A DNA stretch of 64,000 bases from an uncultured Gemmatimonadaceae bacterium (GTDB taxonomy: Bacteria > Gemmatimonadota > Gemmatimonadetes > Gemmatimonadales > Gemmatimonadaceae), in contig CAWGJO010000017.1 in NCBI GenBank assembly GCA_963822945.1, positions 12,902 to 76,901 of the forward strand, written 5' to 3'. The notes beneath the pieces are model-generated. The model was not told the DNA's origin and made no database searches. It was given only the letters and a program-made list of their open reading frames with translations. The translations under genes and the position numbers were made by a program. Shown piece after piece: positions 17,370 through 26,956 of this stretch; the stretch's first letter is position 1; each line of letters opens with the position of its first letter.

Positions 17370-17726
17370 TCAGCCCTCGATCAGTTCGATGCGCGCCATC
17401 TCGGCGCCGTCACCCTTGCGGTGGCCGGTCTTGAGAATGCGCGTGTAGCCGCCGGGCCGCTTGGCGTACCGCGGTCCCAGTTCCTGGAACAGCTTGTCCG
17501 CCGCTTCCCGCTTCTGAATGTCACGCCCGGCCAGCCGGCGCGCGTGCAGCGTGCCGGTCTTCGCCTTGGTGATCAACTTCTCGACGAAGGGCCGGAGTTC
17601 CTTGGCCTTCGCTTCGGTCGTTTCGATCGCGCCCTGCTCGATGAGCGAGGTCGCGAGGTTGCGCATCAGAGCGCGCTTCTGTTCACCGGTCCGGCGCAGC
17701 GCCCGCCCGGCATTGGCATGCCGCAT
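17370..17726 (-). CDS. rplQ: 50S ribosomal protein bL17
   Basis: MRH...ALMRNLATSL, IETTEAKAKELRP, RPGGYTRILK. Confidence 0.97.
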   Translation of the reverse strand: MRHANAGRALRRTGEQKRALMRNLATSLIEQGAIETTEAKAKELRPFVEKLITKAKTGTLHARRLAGRDIQKREAADKLFQELGPRYAKRPGGYTRILKTGHRKGDGAEMARIELIEG

Positions 17727-17729
17727 TGC

Positions 17730-18800
17730 CTACTCCTCCATGTCGTCGGGCGCCGCCGCGGCGGCCCGGCTCGGCGGCGTGCCCCAATCGAGGACCCGCA
17801 CTCCCTCGCCGTTCTCTTCGAACCGCATCCCGAAATTCAATCCTTCACGCTCGAGGAGATCGGCGATCTCCTGAAGCGACTTCTTGCCGAAGTTCTTCAC
17901 CTGCAGAATCTGGCTCTCGGTCTGCCGCACCAGGTCGCCCAGGGAACGGATGCTCGAGTTCTTGAGCGAATTCACCGAACGCACCGAGAGCTCGAGATCG
18001 TCGATCGGCGTCTTGAGCAGCTGCGCCAGGCGGACCGCGTCGCCGTCGCTCGATTCGGTGGTCTGGCCCAGCGGGGCCGACGTGTGCGAGCCGAAGTCGA
18101 CGAAGTACTGGAAGTGCGACTGCGCCAGCGCGGCGGCGTAGCTCACCGCTTCGGCCGGCGAGATCGTGCCGTTGGTCTCGACGGTAAGGGCGAGGCGATC
18201 GTAGTCGGTGCGCTGGCCGACGCGGGTTTCGGAAACCAGGAAGTTCGCGCGGCGCACCGGGTTGTAGATGGCGTCGATGCGAACGAGGTCCACCGGCCGC
18301 CCGCGATCGAGCGGATGCTGGTCGGCCTGCACGTAGCCGCGGCCCTTGTTGACGTAGAGATCCATCGTCAGGTCGCGGTCGTCCTGAAGCGTCAGGATGT
18401 GGTGCGAGGGATCGATGACGCGCACGCCGCTCGCCGACTGAATGTCGGCCGCGGTCACGACGCCGGCCTTGGACTTGGCGATGTGGACGACGGCCTCTTC
18501 GACCTCCTCGTCCAGCATGACCGTGAGCGTCTTGAGGTTGCCGATGATCTGGTGCACGTCCTCGACCACACCGGAAATCGTCTGGTGCTCGTGGACGACG
18601 CCGTCGATGCGGAACGCCCACACGGCGGACCCGCGGAGCGACGAGAGGAGCATGCGCCGCATCGCGTTGCCGAGCGTATGGCCGAAGCCACGCTCCAGCG
18701 GCTGCAGGCGGAACTCGGCCACGTTGGGATTGTCATCGCGCGTCGTCGATTCGACGAGCTGCGGGCGGACGAGTCCGCGAAGATCGATCGTATTTGCCAT
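17730..18800 (-). CDS. rpoA: RNA polymerase alpha subunit
   Basis: LQPLERGFGHTLGNAMRRMLLSS, RVGQRTDYDRL, IDDLELSVRS, NFGKKSL. Confidence 0.98.
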   Translation of the reverse strand: MANTIDLRGLVRPQLVESTTRDDNPNVAEFRLQPLERGFGHTLGNAMRRMLLSSLRGSAVWAFRIDGVVHEHQTISGVVEDVHQIIGNLKTLTVMLDEEVEEAVVHIAKSKAGVVTAADIQSASGVRVIDPSHHILTLQDDRDLTMDLYVNKGRGYVQADQHPLDRGRPVDLVRIDAIYNPVRRANFLVSETRVGQRTDYDRLALTVETNGTISPAEAVSYAAALAQSHFQYFVDFGSHTSAPLGQTTESSDGDAVRLAQLLKTPIDDLELSVRSVNSLKNSSIRSLGDLVRQTESQILQVKNFGKKSLQEIADLLEREGLNFGMRFEENGEGVRVLDWGTPPSRAAAAAPDDMEE

Positions 18801-18981
18801 GAGTATTGATTCCCTGGTCTTACCGGAGTGCCCCGGTATCGCCCTGCCCCGCCCCTAACGCGCGGCAAGCTCGAATGGGAGTTAGGGTCCCGACCTTTCC
18901 ACTGCACCACCGTCCCACCACGTACCTCGGTCGGACGGTGCGTCGGAAGGTCGGTGACTGCGTTCGCAGGCGCTCGGCCGT

Positions 18982-19013
18982 ACCGGCCTACCGCGCTACC
19001 GACCTGCCGACTT
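18982..19013 (-). repeat. Four degenerate octamer repeats (consensus AGGTCGGT) right after rpsD stop
   Basis: Minus strand aagtcggc aggtcggt agcgcggt aggccggt. Confidence 0.65.
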
Positions 19014-19017
19014 ACGG

Positions 19018-19653
19018 CTACTTCGAGTACAACTCCACGACCAACTGCTCCTGCGCGGCGATCGGAATGTTCGGGCGCGTCGGACGCTCCAGCATCCGGC
19101 CGCTGAACGTCTCCTTGTCGATGGCGAGCCAGGAGAGCGAGCCGCCACGACCCGACTGCTCCAGCGCCGCCTGCACGGCGACGATCTCGCGCGACTTCTC
19201 CCGCACCCGGATCTCCTGACCCGGCTGCGCGATGAAGCTGGGCACGTCGACCGTCTTGCCGTTGACTTCGATGTGCCGGTGCCGAATGAGCTGGCGCGCC
19301 GCCTTGCGGCTGGACGCGAATCCCATGCGGTAGACGAGATTGTCCAGCCGGCTTTCCAGCGTCGCGAGCAGGTTGTGACCGGTCACGCCGGGCAGGCTGG
19401 ACACCTTGATGAAGATGTTCCGGAACTGCTGCTCGCCGAGGCCGTACATGCGCTTGATCTTCTGCTTCTCGCGCAGCTGCTTGGAGTACTCCGACGCCTT
19501 GCGGCGGCGGGCCGTGCTCTGGCCATGCTGGCCGGGCGCGTACGGACGGCGTTCGACCGGGCACTTCTCCGTGAAGCACTTGGTGCCCTTCAGGAACAGC
19601 TTGGTCCCCTCGCGACGGCACAGCTTGCAGCTGGCTCCCAGATACCGACTCAT
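19018..19653 (-). CDS. rpsD: 30S ribosomal protein uS4
   Basis: CKLCRREGTKLFLKG, APGQHG, QLREKQK, LESRLDNLVYR, LVVELYSK. Confidence 0.98.
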   Translation of the reverse strand: MSRYLGASCKLCRREGTKLFLKGTKCFTEKCPVERRPYAPGQHGQSTARRRKASEYSKQLREKQKIKRMYGLGEQQFRNIFIKVSSLPGVTGHNLLATLESRLDNLVYRMGFASSRKAARQLIRHRHIEVNGKTVDVPSFIAQPGQEIRVREKSREIVAVQAALEQSGRGGSLSWLAIDKETFSGRMLERPTRPNIPIAAQEQLVVELYSK

Positions 19654-19656
19654 GGC

Positions 19657-20034
19657 TCAGACTCTCCGGCGCTTGGGAGGACGGCAGCCGTTGTGCGGAA
19701 TCGGCGTCACGTCCTTGATCGACTTGACCTGCAGCCCAGCCGAAGCCAGCGCCTGGATGGCCGACTCGCGCCCGCTGCCGGGGCCCTGCACGCGGACATG
19801 CACCCGCTTGACGCCCATGCTCAGGGCTTCGCGCGCGCACTGCTCCGAGGCCACCGTGGCGGCGAACGGGGTGCTCTTCTTGGACCCCTTGAAGCCCGCC
19901 TTGCCCGACGATCCCCACGACACGGCATTCCCGTGCGCATCGGTGATCGTGATCATCGTGTTGTTGAACGTCGCGTTGACGTGGGCGATGCCTTCCGCCT
20001 CCACGACGCGCTTGGATTTCTTGCCAGTCGCCAT
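19657..20034 (-). CDS. rpsK: 30S ribosomal protein uS11
   Basis: [37 protein letters not shown]. Confidence 0.98.
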   Translation of the reverse strand: MATGKKSKRVVEAEGIAHVNATFNNTMITITDAHGNAVSWGSSGKAGFKGSKKSTPFAATVASEQCAREALSMGVKRVHVRVQGPGSGRESAIQALASAGLQVKSIKDVTPIPHNGCRPPKRRRV

Positions 20035-20038
20035 TGGA

Positions 20039-20416
20039 TTACTTGGTTACCTTCTTCTTGCCGGCGATCGCGCGCCGCGGTCCCTTCTTGGTCCGTGCAT
20101 TGGTGTGCGTCCGCTGCCCCCGCACCGGCAGCCCCCGGCGATGCCGGATGCCGCGGTACGATCCGATATCCATGAGGCGCTTGACGTTCATGGCGACTTC
20201 GGTGCGGAGCGCGCCTTCCACCTTGTACTCGCGCTCGATCACCTGCCGCAACTTGTTCACGTCGGCGTCCGAGAGATCGCGGATGCGCAGCGATCCGTCG
20301 ATGCCTGCCTTCTGGATGATCTCGGCGGCGCTCCTGCGCCCGATGCCGAAGATGTAGCTCAAGCCGATCTCGACCTTCTTGTCGCGAGGGAGATCGACGC
20401 CACTGATACGCGCCAT
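20039..20416 (-). CDS. rpsM: 30S ribosomal protein uS13
   Basis: [36 protein letters not shown]. Confidence 0.98.
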   Translation of the reverse strand: MARISGVDLPRDKKVEIGLSYIFGIGRRSAAEIIQKAGIDGSLRIRDLSDADVNKLRQVIEREYKVEGALRTEVAMNVKRLMDIGSYRGIRHRRGLPVRGQRTHTNARTKKGPRRAIAGKKKVTK

Positions 20417-20419
20417 GAA

Positions 20420-20536
20420 TTAGCCCTGCCGCTGCTTATGCTTGGGGTTGCGCTTGCAAATGATGCGAATCACGCCGTTCCGCTTGATCACCTTGCAGTG
20501 CTCGCAGATCGGCTTCACGCTGCTGCGTACTTTCAC
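20420..20536 (-). CDS. rpmJ: 50S ribosomal protein bL36 (38 aa; below ORF-track cutoff)
   Basis: Manual translation from [41 protein letters not shown]. Confidence 0.97.
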   Translation of the reverse strand: MKVRSSVKPICEHCKVIKRNGVIRIICKRNPKHKQRQG

Positions 20537-20590
20537 GGAAGCTCCGGACCGGACGAAAACAGATACCGATGAATTTCTAGCCAGACCTTA

Positions 20591-20619
20591 ACAGTAACCG
20601 GGGCCTTAAGTTGGCGCAA
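20591..20619 (-). promoter_or_regulatory. Putative sigma70 promoter of the alpha operon
   Basis: Minus strand TTGCGC-17 nt-TACTGT in an AT-enriched gap 55 nt upstream of rpmJ. Confidence 0.55.
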
Positions 20620-20668
20620 GCGAGCAGGCTGCCCGCTTTCCCGGTCCGGCCGGTCGCCGGCCCCCCGC

Positions 20669-21410
20669 TCAACGCGCGGCGTCTGCCCCGGCGTCGGACC
20701 CGGCGCTCCGCAGGTCCACCAACGCCCGGCCCATGGCCTCGCGGGGGTCCGGCGCCGCCGTCACCGTGCGGCCGAGCACGACGTAGCGAGCCCCCGACCC
20801 CGCCGCCTCGCCGGGCGTCACCACCCGGACCTGGTCGTTCGCCCCGCTCCCGGCCAGCCGCACCCCGGGGACGAGCGTCTTCAGCCGCACTCCGAACCGA
20901 TCGCGCACGGCCCCCGCCTCCCGGCCACTGCACACGATCCCGTGCAACCCCGCCTCGGCCACCATGCCCGCCAGACCGCAGCACCTCCCCTTCCACGTCC
21001 ACCCCCGTCTCCGGACGCCCCCAGGCGTCCGCCAGCCCGGCGCGGCCCAGCGAGGTCAGGACCGTGACGGCGAGCAGCTGGCAGCCGCCCGCCCCGGCTC
21101 CGGCCGCCGACTGCTGCGCGGCATCGAGCATCTCCCGCCCCCCAGAGGCGTGCACGGTGAGCAGCCGGACCCCGTGCGCGCTCGCGCGTAGCACTGCCTT
21201 GGCCACGGTGTTCGGGATGTCGTGCAGCTTGAGGTCGAGGAACACGTCCGCGCCGCGCTCTCGCAACGCGCGAATGATGCCCGGCCCCTCCGCCGTGAAC
21301 AGCTCGAGGCCCACTTTGTAAAAAGCGCAGAGTCCGTCCAGCCGATTCACCATCGCCATGGCCGACTCGAGGCTTGGCACATCAAGTGCCACGATGGGGG
21401 TCGTCGTCAT
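20669..21410 (-). CDS. pyrF: Orotidine-5'-phosphate decarboxylase (apparent frameshift near 20977)
   Basis: IVALD, KVGLELF, FLDLKLHDIPNTV, AVTVLTS; continues in the next frame as GIVCS, VPGVR, DQVRVVTP, VLGRTVT. Confidence 0.93.
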
Positions 21411-22351
21411 TCGGGCCATTCCAGGGTTCCGCGGAGGGAGGTCAGGTCCGCCAGTCGCTCGCGGGCGCACCACCGGCCGAGTTCGCGCACCACCCGCGCC
21501 GGTTGACGGGGATCCCGAAGCGCGGCGGTTCCGATACCGACGAGCCACGCGCCGGCGATGATGTACTGGAGCACGTCATGGGCGCTCCGGACGCCGCCGA
21601 GGCCGATGATGGGCACGGACACCGCGCGACTCACCCGCCAGGTGGCCAGCACGCCCACCGGAAGCAGCGCCTGCCCACTCACGCCCCCGGTTCCGAAACC
21701 GAGGGCGGGCCGCCTCCGGTCCACGTCCACCACCAGGCCCGGGATCGTGTTGACCACCGTGATGCCATCCGCCCCGGCCTGGACGGCCACGGCCGCCGTT
21801 CGCGCGATATCGGGGAGCGTCGGCGAGAGCTTGGCGAACACGGGACGCTTCGTGACCGCGCGCACCCGGGCGACGAGGACCGACAGCGCGGTGTCGTCGG
21901 CGCCGAATTCCATTCCTCCGGCCTTGGTGTTGGGGCAGCTCACGTTCAACTCGTACCCGTCCACGCCCGACGCCGCATGGGGACTCGCCTCGATCTGCCG
22001 CACCACGTCCGCAAACTCGTCGACGACGAAGCCGACGACGTTCACCAGCTTTCGCGTACGCGGGAGCGACTCGGCGAGCCAGGGAAGATGCGACTGACAG
22101 ACCTCCTCGACCCCCGGGTTGGCCAGTCCGACGGCGTTGATCATCCCCCCGTCGAACTCGGCCACGCGCGGCGCCGGCGCGCCGGCGCGCGGTGCGCGGC
22201 TGACCGCCTTGGTGACGAGGCCACCAAGCGCGTCCAGATCCATGACGCCGGCGAGTTCGCGCCCGTAGCCAGCGGTTCCGGCGGCGAGAATGATGGGATT
22301 CTGAAAATCGAGTCCGGCAACGCCCACGCGCAGCACGGACGGCGATTTCAT
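21407..22351 (-). CDS. pyrD: Dihydroorotate dehydrogenase class 1 catalytic subunit
   Basis: NPIILAAGTAGYG, MINAVGLANPG, ELNVSCPN, KLSP, GTGGVSG. Confidence 0.92.
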   Translation of the reverse strand: MKSPSVLRVGVAGLDFQNPIILAAGTAGYGRELAGVMDLDALGGLVTKAVSRAPRAGAPAPRVAEFDGGMINAVGLANPGVEEVCQSHLPWLAESLPRTRKLVNVVGFVVDEFADVVRQIEASPHAASGVDGYELNVSCPNTKAGGMEFGADDTALSVLVARVRAVTKRPVFAKLSPTLPDIARTAAVAVQAGADGITVVNTIPGLVVDVDRRRPALGFGTGGVSGQALLPVGVLATWRVSRAVSVPIIGLGGVRSAHDVLQYIIAGAWLVGIGTAALRDPRQPARVVRELGRWCARERLADLTSLRGTLEWPE

Positions 22352-23217
22352 GGATTGCCGCCGCTCGTCCGATCGGCCACGCCGCTGATCCCGGCCCAGT
22401 ACGCGTTCAGGTAGTTCACGGCCGCGTCGGCGATTGCGCCCGCCAGTTTGGTCTGGTCGCGCGAATTCGTCATGAACGCGGCGTCGGCGCGGTTGGACCC
22501 GAATCCGATTTCCACGAGCACCGCCGGCATGAACGCCGTGCCCAGCACGACGAAGCCGGCCTGCTGCACGCCTCGGTCGGGCCCCGGCTCCACGGTGCCC
22601 AATTCGTCCTGCACCGCTTCGGCCAGCTTCATCGACTCGCGGAGGTGCTCGTTCTGCTGCATGTCGCTGAGGATGAAGCTCAGCGGATCGCCCTTGGACA
22701 GCGGCGTGCCGGTGTCGTATCGGGCGGCGGAGTTTTCCATCGCCTCCACCCGCCGCGCATCTTCGGTCTTCGCCTCGGACAGGAAGAAGGTCTCGTACCC
22801 GCGGGCAGCCGCCGCATTCCGCCACTTGGGATTGGCGGCGTTCACATGGATCGAGATGAACAGGTCCCCGTGCGCGCGGTTCGCGATCGGGCCGCGATCG
22901 TACAGGTTGATCAACGTATCGGTCGTGCGCGTGTACACGACCTTCACCCCGCGCGCCTTGAGCGCCGCGCCGAGCTTGAGGGCGACCGCGAGCGTCACGT
23001 TCTTCTCGTAGATCTTGTGGCGCGCGCCGATGGGACCGCTCATGCCGGGGTCCACGCCGCCATGGCCCGCGTCGACGACCACGGTGCGCGGCGGACCGGC
23101 GAGGGAGGGGTGCCCCGCCACCGCCACGACCGGGCGGCGAGGGCTCGCCGCATCGGCCACCGGCCGGGTCGGCACCGCGGCCTGCATCTGGAGTGCGAGC
23201 AGCGCCAGCGCGATCAT
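22348..23217 (-). CDS. N-acetylmuramoyl-L-alanine amidase (Amidase_3, AmiC-like)
   Basis: Signal peptide; [36 protein letters not shown]. Confidence 0.92.
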   Translation of the reverse strand: MIALALLALQMQAAVPTRPVADAASPRRPVVAVAGHPSLAGPPRTVVVDAGHGGVDPGMSGPIGARHKIYEKNVTLAVALKLGAALKARGVKVVYTRTTDTLINLYDRGPIANRAHGDLFISIHVNAANPKWRNAAAARGYETFFLSEAKTEDARRVEAMENSAARYDTGTPLSKGDPLSFILSDMQQNEHLRESMKLAEAVQDELGTVEPGPDRGVQQAGFVVLGTAFMPAVLVEIGFGSNRADAAFMTNSRDQTKLAGAIADAAVNYLNAYWAGISGVADRTSGGNP

Positions 23218-23684
23218 CGGGTGCGGCCCACGCGCGCCATCTCGCGCTCGGCGTCACGTGCCTTGGCCGTTTCGCGCTTGTCGTGCAGCTTCTTTCCCTT
23301 GCCCAGTGCCAGCGTCACCTTCGCCACTCCGTGCTTGAAATACAGGTCGAGCGGGACGAGCGTGAGCCCTTCACGCTCCACCGCCCCAATCAAACGACGG
23401 ATTTGACGCCGGTGGAGCAACAGCTTGCGCGTCCGCGTCGGTTCGTGGTTGTTGTAGCTCCCCTGCTTGTAGGGCGAAATATGCAGGTTGAGGAGGAAGA
23501 CCTCCCCGTTCTTCACGATCCCGTAGGCATCGACCAGCGACGCCTTCCCCTCGCGGAGCGACTTGACCTCGGTGCCGGTCAGCACGATGCCCGCCTCCCA
23601 CGTCTCCAGAATGTGGTAGTCGTGGCGGGCACGCTTGTTCCGCGCAATCGGGACGGTGTCGTTGGTCTCGTTCGTTGACTTCAT
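23214..23684 (-). CDS. smpB: SsrA-binding protein
   Basis: [42 protein letters not shown]. Confidence 0.97.
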   Translation of the reverse strand: MKSTNETNDTVPIARNKRARHDYHILETWEAGIVLTGTEVKSLREGKASLVDAYGIVKNGEVFLLNLHISPYKQGSYNNHEPTRTRKLLLHRRQIRRLIGAVEREGLTLVPLDLYFKHGVAKVTLALGKGKKLHDKRETAKARDAEREMARVGRTR

Positions 23685-23703
23685 GGTCAGCCGTCAATAA
23701 TAT
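23675..23703 (+). promoter_or_regulatory. Putative sigma70 promoter for tRNA-Leu, overlapping the smpB start
   Basis: TTGACT-17 nt-TAATAT ending 10 nt before the tRNA. Confidence 0.7.
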
Positions 23704-23713
23704 CCGCGTTCCT

Positions 23714-23797
23714 GCCGAAGTGGTGGAACTGGTAGACGCGCTGGCTTCAGGAGCCAGTGGGCGCAAGCCCGTGCGGGTTCGAGTCCCGCCTTCGGCA
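23714..23797 (+). tRNA. tRNA-Leu(CAG)
   Basis: Acceptor stem GCCGAAG/CTTCGGC; anticodon arm ctggc-ttCAGga-gccag; long variable arm; GTTCGAGTC T-loop; no encoded CCA. Confidence 0.96.
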
Positions 23798-23812
23798 CTC
23801 TGCACAAGACGA

Positions 23813-23846
23813 CGAGGGGCGCCTTCCGATCGGAAGGCGCCCCTCG
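23813..23846. terminator. Perfect 34-bp palindrome between convergent tRNA-Leu and a hypothetical gene
   Basis: cgaggggcgccttccgatcggaaggcgcccctcg equals its own reverse complement. Confidence 0.6.
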
Positions 23847-23864
23847 AGGCGTTTCAGGAGCCCG

Positions 23865-24419
23865 TCAGCGGCGATCGATCGCCGACGGGGGCACATGCTC
23901 CGGGAGTGACGCCGTTCCGAAGATGGCACGCAGCGCCTCGTTCCCCTCGTCCAGGTATCGACTGAGCAGGGCGCCAGCCCGCGCCACGTTCGCGTCCACC
24001 TCCCGGAACGAGCCGCCCGCGAACGCGAGCAGCGTGCGCCCCAGCCGGGCCGGCGTGGCAGCCGAGACGTGGGCCCCGAGCGCGTCCCGATAGGCGCTCA
24101 GCCTGGCGTTGAACTGGCCCTGGGCGAGTTCGAGCCGGTCGCGTCCGATCCGCGCATCGCGTTCGAAGGCAGCCGCCATCGCATGCGCGACGACAGCCCC
24201 CGTCCGATCGTCGAGCGCGTCTCGTTGGGCCGTGACCAGCCCCAGCGCCCGCCGGGCATAGCGCAGCTCCCACGCGGCGTGGTCGTCATCGCCGCGCGTC
24301 GCCGCGCCCGACAGCCATGCCACGTCGTCCGCGGCCGGCTCCGTCAGCAGCCCCGTCACGAAGCGCTCGGCCCGCTCCTGCAGCTGGCGCTCGGCTCGCC
24401 ACCGCCCGAAGATCGGCAT
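23865..24419 (-). CDS. Hypothetical helical protein
   Basis: 184-aa ORF colinear with the Rrf2 gene; plausible composition; no motif recognised. Confidence 0.65.
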   Translation of the reverse strand: MPIFGRWRAERQLQERAERFVTGLLTEPAADDVAWLSGAATRGDDDHAAWELRYARRALGLVTAQRDALDDRTGAVVAHAMAAAFERDARIGRDRLELAQGQFNARLSAYRDALGAHVSAATPARLGRTLLAFAGGSFREVDANVARAGALLSRYLDEGNEALRAIFGTASLPEHVPPSAIDRR

Positions 24420-24445
24420 GGACGGAATGGCCGGCGCCGCCGGGT

Positions 24446-24940
24446 TCAGCCGTTTTGGAGCACGGGCAGCCCGCGGCCCGTGTCATCCTCGGCGAGCTCG
24501 GGCAGGCCCACCCGCGCCCGCACCACGTGCTCCTGGTGCAGCAGGTCGGACAGCCGGACGCCCTCGAGCACCTCGTCGATCCGCTGCTGCAGCATCAGCC
24601 ACACCGGCCGGATACTGCAGTCGTGCGCCGCCGAGCAGCGTTCCTCTTCCACCGGATGCGACACGCAGTGGAGGTCGAACGTCGTCAGCTCGGACGCATT
24701 GATCACGTCCCGCACGCTGATCTCGGAGGACGGACGCGCGAGCGCGTACCCGCCGCGGGCCCCCCGGGTGCTCTTCACGATATCGGCCCGGCGAAGACGG
24801 AGCAGGATCTGCTCGACGTAATCCACCGGCAGCCGTTCGGTCGCCGCGATTTCGCGACCAGTGATCGGTCCATCATCAGTGCGCTTCGCAAGATGAAGCG
24901 CACATATCACGCCGTATTCGGCCAGAGTAGTTATACGCAC
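24446..24940 (-). CDS. Rrf2-family (IscR-like) transcriptional regulator
   Basis: MRITTLAEYG, YVEQIL, KSTRGARGGYALAR; three Cys in CVSHPVEEERCSAAHDC. Confidence 0.92.
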   Translation of the reverse strand: MRITTLAEYGVICALHLAKRTDDGPITGREIAATERLPVDYVEQILLRLRRADIVKSTRGARGGYALARPSSEISVRDVINASELTTFDLHCVSHPVEEERCSAAHDCSIRPVWLMLQQRIDEVLEGVRLSDLLHQEHVVRARVGLPELAEDDTGRGLPVLQNG

Positions 24941-24999
24941 GTTTGGAGGTTAATGCGCGAGCGCGGTGGCGGAAAGGGGAGCCGGAAATCGGGGGGGAC

Positions 25000-26418
25000 T
25001 CAGCCGCCCCCGTGGCGCCCCCCGGGCACCCCGATCTCCGTCATCTTCCGGAGGTCCAGGACGTCGGCAATCTGATCGGGCGGCAGGACCTTCTCGCGCT
25101 CGACCAACTCCCGAATCAGCACGTTCTCCTTGACCGAGCGTTTGCTGATCTCGGCGGCCTTGGCGTAGCCGATCTGCGGCGCGAGCGCCGTGGCGAGCGC
25201 CGCCGATCGCTCCACCCAGTACTCGCACTGCGCGCGGTTGGCGGTGATGCCGGCCACGCAGCGTTCGTTCAGCACGACGGCGGCGTTGGAGAGGATGATC
25301 ATCGAGAACATCACGTTGTGGGCGATGACGGGCATCATGACGTTCAATTCGAGCTGGCCGTGCTCGGCGGCGGCCGCCACGCACGCGTCGTTGCCCACCA
25401 CCTGGAAGCACACCTGGTTGACCATCTCGGCGACCGACGGATTGATTTTGCCCGGCATGATCGACGACCCCGGCTGCACGGCGGGGAGCACGATCTCGTC
25501 GAGCCCGGTGCGGGGACCGCTGACGAGCAGCCGCAGATCGTTCGCGATCTTGCTCAGGTCGAGGGCCAGCACCCGCACCACCGCCGAGAACGCCGCGGCG
25601 TCGCCCATGCTCTGCATGAGCTGGATGCGATTCTTGCCCACGCGCAGGTCGAGCTTGGTGACGGCTTTCAGGTGCTTGTTCATCAACGCCGGGTATTCGG
25701 GCTCGACGTTCACCCCGGTGCCGACGGCGCTGCCGCCGATGCCGAGATCGCGGAGGAAGTCGGCCGCCTGCCGGATTCTCGCCAGGTTCCGATCGATGGT
25801 GCCGGCGTACGCCGTGAACTCCTGCCCCAGCCGGATCGGCATCGCGTCCTGCAGATGGGTCCGGCCCGCCTTCACGATGTCGTCGAATTCCTTGCCCTTC
25901 GCGGCGAAGGCGTCGCGAAGCCCGCCGAAGGCCTGTTCCAGCGTCGCCAGCAGGTCGAGCGCGCCCAGCCGGATGGCCGTCGGAATCACGTCGTTGGTGG
26001 ACTGGGCCATGTTGACGTGGTCGTTCGGGTGCACGGGCTTGTACTCGCCCCGCTTGCCGCCCAGGAGTTCGTTGGCGCGGTTGGCGAGCACCTCGTTGCA
26101 GTTCATGTTGTGCGAGGTGCCCGCGCCGGCCTGATACACGTCGACCACGAAGTGATCGTCATACTTGCCCGCCAGCACTTCGTCGGCGGCGGCCACGATG
26201 GCGTCGGCCAGCTTGGGGTCCAGCCGGCCGGTCTCCTTGTGGGTAAGGGCCGCGGCCTTCTTGATCCAGACCACCGCCCGCACGAACTCCTTGAGCGGTT
26301 TCAACCCGCTGATCGGGAAGTTCTGGAGGGCACGCTGGGTCTGGACGCCGTAATACGCATCGGCCGGCACGTCGAGTGGGCCGAGAGGATCCTTTTCGGA
26401 ACGCGTTGCGGAAGTCAT
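25000..26418 (-). CDS. aspA: Aspartate ammonia-lyase / class II fumarase family lyase
   Basis: YYGVQTQRA, GAGTSHNMN (aspartase-like), QSTND, GRTHLQDA, GSSIMPGKINP. Confidence 0.8.
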   Translation of the reverse strand: MTSATRSEKDPLGPLDVPADAYYGVQTQRALQNFPISGLKPLKEFVRAVVWIKKAAALTHKETGRLDPKLADAIVAAADEVLAGKYDDHFVVDVYQAGAGTSHNMNCNEVLANRANELLGGKRGEYKPVHPNDHVNMAQSTNDVIPTAIRLGALDLLATLEQAFGGLRDAFAAKGKEFDDIVKAGRTHLQDAMPIRLGQEFTAYAGTIDRNLARIRQAADFLRDLGIGGSAVGTGVNVEPEYPALMNKHLKAVTKLDLRVGKNRIQLMQSMGDAAAFSAVVRVLALDLSKIANDLRLLVSGPRTGLDEIVLPAVQPGSSIMPGKINPSVAEMVNQVCFQVVGNDACVAAAAEHGQLELNVMMPVIAHNVMFSMIILSNAAVVLNERCVAGITANRAQCEYWVERSAALATALAPQIGYAKAAEISKRSVKENVLIRELVEREKVLPPDQIADVLDLRKMTEIGVPGGRHGGG

Positions 26419-26470
26419 AGGAAGAATCGCCGTGGGTGAAGAGTGGTGATTCGCCCGAAGGAAACGAGCG

Positions 26471-26956
26471 TCAGGACGACGTGCGCAGGCCGCGCACGGC
26501 GATGATGAGAATGGCGAACGCACTGAGCATCGCGATGCCGAGCAGAACGACGCTCAGCAGATGCAGTTGTCCGAACGCGACGCGCAGCGGGTCGGTGGCG
26601 GCGAGGGCATCCACCGGACCGGGGATGCGGGCCCGCACGCGCGCGATCATGGCGTCCACGATCAGCTGCGCGATCATGCAGGCCGTACCGCCGAGTGCCG
26701 CCGCCAGCACCCGGGGCTTGAAGCGCGTGCTCGCGTCGGTCCACACGCCGAACAGCATCACGGCGGCGAACACGACCATCCCCGCCCAGAAGATCACGGG
26801 CAGCACGCGCCCCACCAGATCGCCGGCGAGGGTGCGCGTGGGCAGCACGGCGAATGCCGCCGGCGCCACGACGGCCGCGAGCAGGACGGCCGCGCCGAGC
26901 CAGAGCGCGCCGAGCACGATCTGCCCCAGCGCGGCGCCCCGGGAGGTGAGCGTCAC
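26471..26956 (-). CDS. DUF4149-like four-TM membrane protein
   Basis: Four hydrophobic segments; VVAPAAF...AGDLVG and FGQLH patterns. Confidence 0.7.
   Translation of the reverse strand: MTLTSRGAALGQIVLGALWLGAAVLLAAVVAPAAFAVLPTRTLAGDLVGRVLPVIFWAGMVVFAAVMLFGVWTDASTRFKPRVLAAALGGTACMIAQLIVDAMIARVRARIPGPVDALAATDPLRVAFGQLHLLSVVLLGIAMLSAFAILIIAVRGLRTSS

Noticed and set aside
23714..23865. tRNA genes as integration sites (also 56497-56569)
   Set aside because: No integrase, no duplicated tRNA 3' end noticed and no compositional shift next to either tRNA
23214..23900. tmRNA gene next to smpB
   Set aside because: The adjacent RNA is a standard 84-nt tRNA-Leu; no tmRNA-length element or tag reading frame seen
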